Positions 60,371-64,000 of a stretch of 64,000 nt of DNA are shown here, one piece after another (positions within the stretch are counted from its first letter, which is position 1; each line of letters opens with the position of its first letter). The stretch comes from an uncultured Candidatus Saccharibacteria bacterium (GTDB lineage: Bacteria; Patescibacteriota; Saccharimonadia; Saccharimonadales; JAGQMS01), in assembly GCA_964554485.1 (NCBI GenBank), contig CAZKOX010000002.1, positions 21,146 to 85,145 of the forward strand. Direction: 5' to 3'. A model generated the notes under the pieces. The model was given only the letters and a program-made list of their open reading frames with translations, did no database searches and had not been told where the DNA came from. The translations under genes and the position numbers were made by a program.

Positions 60371-61160
60371 ATGCTTTGAGCCTTCGGACGGTACGAAAGT
60401 CACGAGGAACTTGAAGTTTAGTTGTATCTACGGCACCTTCATTAAAAGGTACTCTTTCGATTAATACTCCTCCAATTTCAGATGGGTTTTTTCTTCCAGA
60501 GTGGGCTAATTCAACAAACCCGTCACCCAAAGAACAAACTATTGCTACGTGTGACCTATAACCCTCCCTTGAAACTAAATCAATAAGGTCTCCAACTTGC
60601 ATTGATTTGATAGGTACGGCGACAGAAGTGAAATCGCTAATTAAGCCTGCTACTCGACATAGGTTTACGGGTTTTCGTTTAAACTTTTCAACCACCCAGC
60701 TTACCGGTACGTCTTCAGGCAGGTTGGCTGCTTCTTCTTTGGTAAGAGTATAGGCCGCCTTCCAATCTTCAAAATTAAAAGCACCATTTAATACATCATC
60801 TTTTGGCACAGATAAATCATCCATTATTTCTTTACCTAAAACCTTTTCATAAACTGTATTCATAACGTAATAAACAAATCCGGAGCAGTCTATACCTTTA
60901 TAATTAAATTCCTTTTCAGGCAAAGACCCGTCAACCAATTTTTGTTTTATCTCCTCGGCAGTGGCGTTTGGAAAAAGACCAACAATATAATCTACAGATT
61001 TTTTTATCTCTTCCGGGGAAGCTTTACCTAAGCCTCTTGGAACGTTCGGATCTTCAGTATTGTTAAAGTTAATAAGATATGGTGCCCAAAATTCTATTCC
61101 ACTTTGTGTAGTTATTTTAAATTTGTTTACGGCGTCTAGAAGTACCTTCTCGATATTCAT
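60357..61160 (-). CDS. NlpC/P60 (C40) cysteine peptidase-like protein, no signal peptide
   Basis: 267 aa. GIDCSGFVYYV (catalytic Cys context), GDLIDL..RSHVAIV (His), LAHSG. Confidence 0.6.
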   Translation of the reverse strand: MNIEKVLLDAVNKFKITTQSGIEFWAPYLINFNNTEDPNVPRGLGKASPEEIKKSVDYIVGLFPNATAEEIKQKLVDGSLPEKEFNYKGIDCSGFVYYVMNTVYEKVLGKEIMDDLSVPKDDVLNGAFNFEDWKAAYTLTKEEAANLPEDVPVSWVVEKFKRKPVNLCRVAGLISDFTSVAVPIKSMQVGDLIDLVSREGYRSHVAIVCSLGDGFVELAHSGRKNPSEIGGVLIERVPFNEGAVDTTKLQVPRDFRTVRRLKAFIQG

Positions 61161-61183
61161 TTATACAATAATACTTCATTAAG

Positions 61184-62020
61184 GTGGGTGTAGAATATCC
61201 CTTAATGGTTAGAGAGAGTTTTGTTAATCTGAAAATGCAAAATGGGAAAACCTGGAAGCACCAGGTTGTTGAGATAGGTGATAACGAACCAGTCCGTTAC
61301 TCAATTATCATGATAAGTGGTATCCCGAGAGGTGGCGAAAACAAAAAGGATTACGACCCCATAAATGTAGCGCCCCTTTGGCTTGATAGTCCTAGCGTTA
61401 CAACATTTCGTTCTTCGCCTACCGGGTTGGGAAAATCAGAAGGCGATACCTTTCAATCGACGTTACTAGATAGGATTAACCTTACGGTACAAGTTTCTTT
61501 GTTGGCAAAAAGTAGGCATCCCGATTCTAAGCTCGTAATCGTAGGTAGTAGTATGGGCGGGCACGTAGCTATTCGGGCAGCCGCTGAGCTGGCGAAGCAA
61601 AAAATTAACATTGAGGCAGTACTGCTTTCTAGTCCGTGTTTTTATCCTGATCAATCTGAGACTGCTTTGATAGGTGACGATTTTAGATCTAAAGCAAACA
61701 TTCATAAATGCAGCCAAAATCTAGCCGATTTTCGTGCCATGAAAGAACTAATAGCAAGCTCCAGGGCGGTTTTTGCTTTTTATCAAGAATACGATGGCGA
61801 TCTAGAGCGCCACGGCGTACCAGATATAGAGCTGGTTAAAAAAGAAGTTGAAAGAGCCTTAACGCATAGGAATAATAATAAAGACGACTATTTTGTTGTT
61901 GTAGGCGGAGAGCATTCATTTTCCTTAGATGGAATAATGCCCGACGAAGCTGTGCATTCGGGTACAATTAATAAGCGAGAAACTAGCAGTAGGGCGCTGA
62001 AATTTTTGCAGAAACTTTAA
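61184..62020 (+). CDS. Alpha/beta hydrolase
   Basis: 278 aa. VIVGSSMGGHVAI nucleophile elbow (GxSxG). Confidence 0.6.
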   Translation: MGVEYPLMVRESFVNLKMQNGKTWKHQVVEIGDNEPVRYSIIMISGIPRGGENKKDYDPINVAPLWLDSPSVTTFRSSPTGLGKSEGDTFQSTLLDRINLTVQVSLLAKSRHPDSKLVIVGSSMGGHVAIRAAAELAKQKINIEAVLLSSPCFYPDQSETALIGDDFRSKANIHKCSQNLADFRAMKELIASSRAVFAFYQEYDGDLERHGVPDIELVKKEVERALTHRNNNKDDYFVVVGGEHSFSLDGIMPDEAVHSGTINKRETSSRALKFLQKL

Positions 62021-62031
62021 AGGAGATTGAA

Positions 62032-62997
62032 ATGGGAATAAAAGAGATTCAAGAAGCGGCAGAGAGAATAGATGACTTTATTATTCATACTCCACTTATA
62101 ACTTCGGATGTTATCGACGAACGAGCTGGCGCAGAGCTAGTGTTTAAGCCTGAAGGTCTACAGCACGGAGGTTCGTTTAAGCTGCGCGGTGCAGCTAACG
62201 CTATACAACAAATTTCTAAACCCGAGGGTGGGGTTGTGGCGTATTCTTCAGGCAATCACGGCAAAGCCTTAGCCTATATGGGGCACAAGTTAAATATTCC
62301 CGTAACTTTGGTTCTTTCAAATCAAGTTGAGGCGGCAAAGCTCGAAGCGGTTATACATTATGGTGCAGAAGTTGTTCAGTACGATCCAGCTACGCAAAGC
62401 CGAGTCGAAGTCGCTAATGAGATTGCTGATAGAACTGGAGCAGAGTTAATACCTCCATATGACGACGAGAGAGTTATAGCCGGCCAGGGAACTGTAGCAT
62501 TAGAGCTGCTAGAACAAGATCCAAGCTTAGACATGATAGTTGTACCGGTCGGGGGCGGTGGTCTAATAGCAGGCTGTGCGATTGCCGCAAAAGAAGTGAA
62601 AACAGAAAAGGCAGTAGAGGTTATTGGGGTTGAGCCAGTAACTGCAGACGATGTCAAAAAATCGCTAGAAACTGGCGAAATTGTACGTATTGAAGATGAG
62701 GATATTAATACCATTTGTGCTGGTTTACGTACAAACTCACCCGGAGAGATACCTTTTGAATACATAAAAAAATATGTAGATAGGGTAGAAGTAGCAGGCG
62801 ACGATAGAGTAAGAGAGGCGATGAGACTTATCTGGGATGAACTTAAGCTAGTTGTTGAGCCTGCTGGAGCTTTAGCTTTAGCATGCGTACTCGAACATCC
62901 AGACATTTTCCGTGGCAAAAGAATCGGATTAATTATTTGCGGTAGCAATATTTCTATCGAGGACTACATGGCTGCCTTATCTGATAGTCACCGGTGA
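62032..62997 (+). CDS. PLP-dependent serine/threonine dehydratase family enzyme
   Basis: 321 aa. GGSFKLRGA (PLP lysine), SSGNHG, VPVGGGGLIAG motifs. Confidence 0.8.
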   Translation: MGIKEIQEAAERIDDFIIHTPLITSDVIDERAGAELVFKPEGLQHGGSFKLRGAANAIQQISKPEGGVVAYSSGNHGKALAYMGHKLNIPVTLVLSNQVEAAKLEAVIHYGAEVVQYDPATQSRVEVANEIADRTGAELIPPYDDERVIAGQGTVALELLEQDPSLDMIVVPVGGGGLIAGCAIAAKEVKTEKAVEVIGVEPVTADDVKKSLETGEIVRIEDEDINTICAGLRTNSPGEIPFEYIKKYVDRVEVAGDDRVREAMRLIWDELKLVVEPAGALALACVLEHPDIFRGKRIGLIICGSNISIEDYMAALSDSHR

Positions 62998-63012
62998 TAT
63001 ACTTATGGGAGT

Positions 63013-64000
63013 ATGGCAGAGGCAAAAAAGCGTCTAGTTATCATTGACGGAAAGTCGGTCTTCTATCGCGGCTATTATGCCATGCCAAATCTGAGTACAA
63101 AAGATGGTACGCCAACCGGCGGAGTCTATGGTTTTGCGGTGCTTTCACTTGAAGTAATCAAGCGCTTAAAGCCTGATTATGTTTGTGTGGCTTGGGACAA
63201 ACCCAAAACTAACATCCGAAAGCGCCTAGAGATTTATCCGGCCTATAAAGCTGGTCGAAAACCAGCGCCTCCGGATTTTTATATTCAGATTCCACTACTT
63301 CACGAATATCTAGAAGCCTGCAACTGGCCAATGTACGAACTTGATGATTATGAAGCCGACGATATCATGTGTGGTTTGGCTAAAAAAGCCGAGGTTAAGG
63401 GTATCGAGACAATCCTTATTTCGAGCGATCTTGATCTACTGCAGTGCGTTAGTCCACTGACGCACGTTTATTTGTTAAAAAAGGGGCTTAGCAATATTGA
63501 AGAGTTAACGCCAAAGAGCTTTGAAGATAAATATGGCATTGGACCAGAGCAATTTATTGACCTAAAAGCCCTAAAAGGTGATAGTTCTGACAATATTCCG
63601 GGCGTAGCTGGCATTGGTGAAAAAACGGCACTCGAACTTTTGAAGCAATACAAAACGCTCGACAATGTTTATGAAAATCTCGATAACATTAAAGAAACGG
63701 TGGCTAAAAAGTTAATTGCTGGCCGCGACATTGCGGTACTTTCAAAGCAACTAGTGACGCTATTTGACCACGCACCGATTGATCTTGATCTTGCTGAGAT
63801 GGATATCAAAAAACTGGATGCCCACAAGCTTCGAGATTTGATGCGCAAGTTCGAATTTAGGAGTTTGCTAAACCAACTTCCAGAATCGATGAAGGTCGAC
63901 GAAAACGACACGCGGTCGTTATTTGAAACCGACCACGGGCACATAACACCTGATAAAATTGTCGACTTTAGTGGCAAGCCAATAACTGGAGAAGTGATTA
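63013..64000 (+). CDS. polA: DNA polymerase I, N-terminal 5'-3' exonuclease region (3' end beyond the window)
   Basis: Not in the ORF track because no stop lies in the window. Manual translation: MAEAKKRLVIIDGKSVFYRGYYAMP..TGGVYGF..YKAGRK..EADD..LKGDSSDNIPGVAGIGEKTA. Confidence 0.85.
   Translation, partial: MAEAKKRLVIIDGKSVFYRGYYAMPNLSTKDGTPTGGVYGFAVLSLEVIKRLKPDYVCVAWDKPKTNIRKRLEIYPAYKAGRKPAPPDFYIQIPLLHEYLEACNWPMYELDDYEADDIMCGLAKKAEVKGIETILISSDLDLLQCVSPLTHVYLLKKGLSNIEELTPKSFEDKYGIGPEQFIDLKALKGDSSDNIPGVAGIGEKTALELLKQYKTLDNVYENLDNIKETVAKKLIAGRDIAVLSKQLVTLFDHAPIDLDLAEMDIKKLDAHKLRDLMRKFEFRSLLNQLPESMKVDENDTRSLFETDHGHITPDKIVDFSGKPITGEVI

Overview
The window looks like the chromosomal origin region of a small, roughly 40-45% GC genome that uses the standard genetic code. 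The gene content suggests a Patescibacteria/CPR organism, possibly Saccharibacteria-like; this is inference from content only.

Origin region: the core is jag-yidC-rnpA-rpmH (minus strand), then DnaA-box clusters, then dnaA-dnaN-recF (plus strand).

Main accessory locus: directly after recF lies a 14.8-kb block (8873-23659) that I read as a Gram-positive-type type IV secretion (T4SS)-like apparatus.
- A 12.3-kb minus-strand operon encodes a VirB6-like giant membrane protein, a PrgI/VirB3-like protein, a VirB4 ATPase preceded by a coupled ORF, two cell-wall hydrolases and a membrane-anchored protein.
- A 40-bp perfect-arm palindrome separates it from a plus-strand array of six VirB2/TrbC-like pilin paralogs.
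- No coupling protein, relaxase or integrase is visible in the window.

Housekeeping genes in the rest of the window: hsp20, comF, pyrH, valS, tsaD, groES/groEL with a CIRCE operator, a murE-like ligase, a FemAB-like enzyme, a LysM-CHAP hydrolase, a MacB-type ABC pair, argS, orn, dnaG, rpoD and the 5' end of polA. There are also five tRNA genes: all four Ser isoacceptors and an Arg with anticodon GCG.

Unexplained structure:
- A 130-160 nt intergenic repeat family with three copies and compensatory stem changes.
- Short direct repeats of tRNA-Ser 3' ends downstream of two tRNA-Ser genes, which may be fossil att sites.
- Three sharply bounded islets of about 57-58% GC. Two each encode a small ORF with GC-rich codon usage. 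The third is a roughly 700-nt hairpin-dense region with no convincing ORF.
- A MazG-like gene with an in-frame stop.
- A LysM-CHAP gene whose membrane anchor lies upstream of any canonical start codon.

No CRISPR array, rRNA gene, transposase or integrase was seen.
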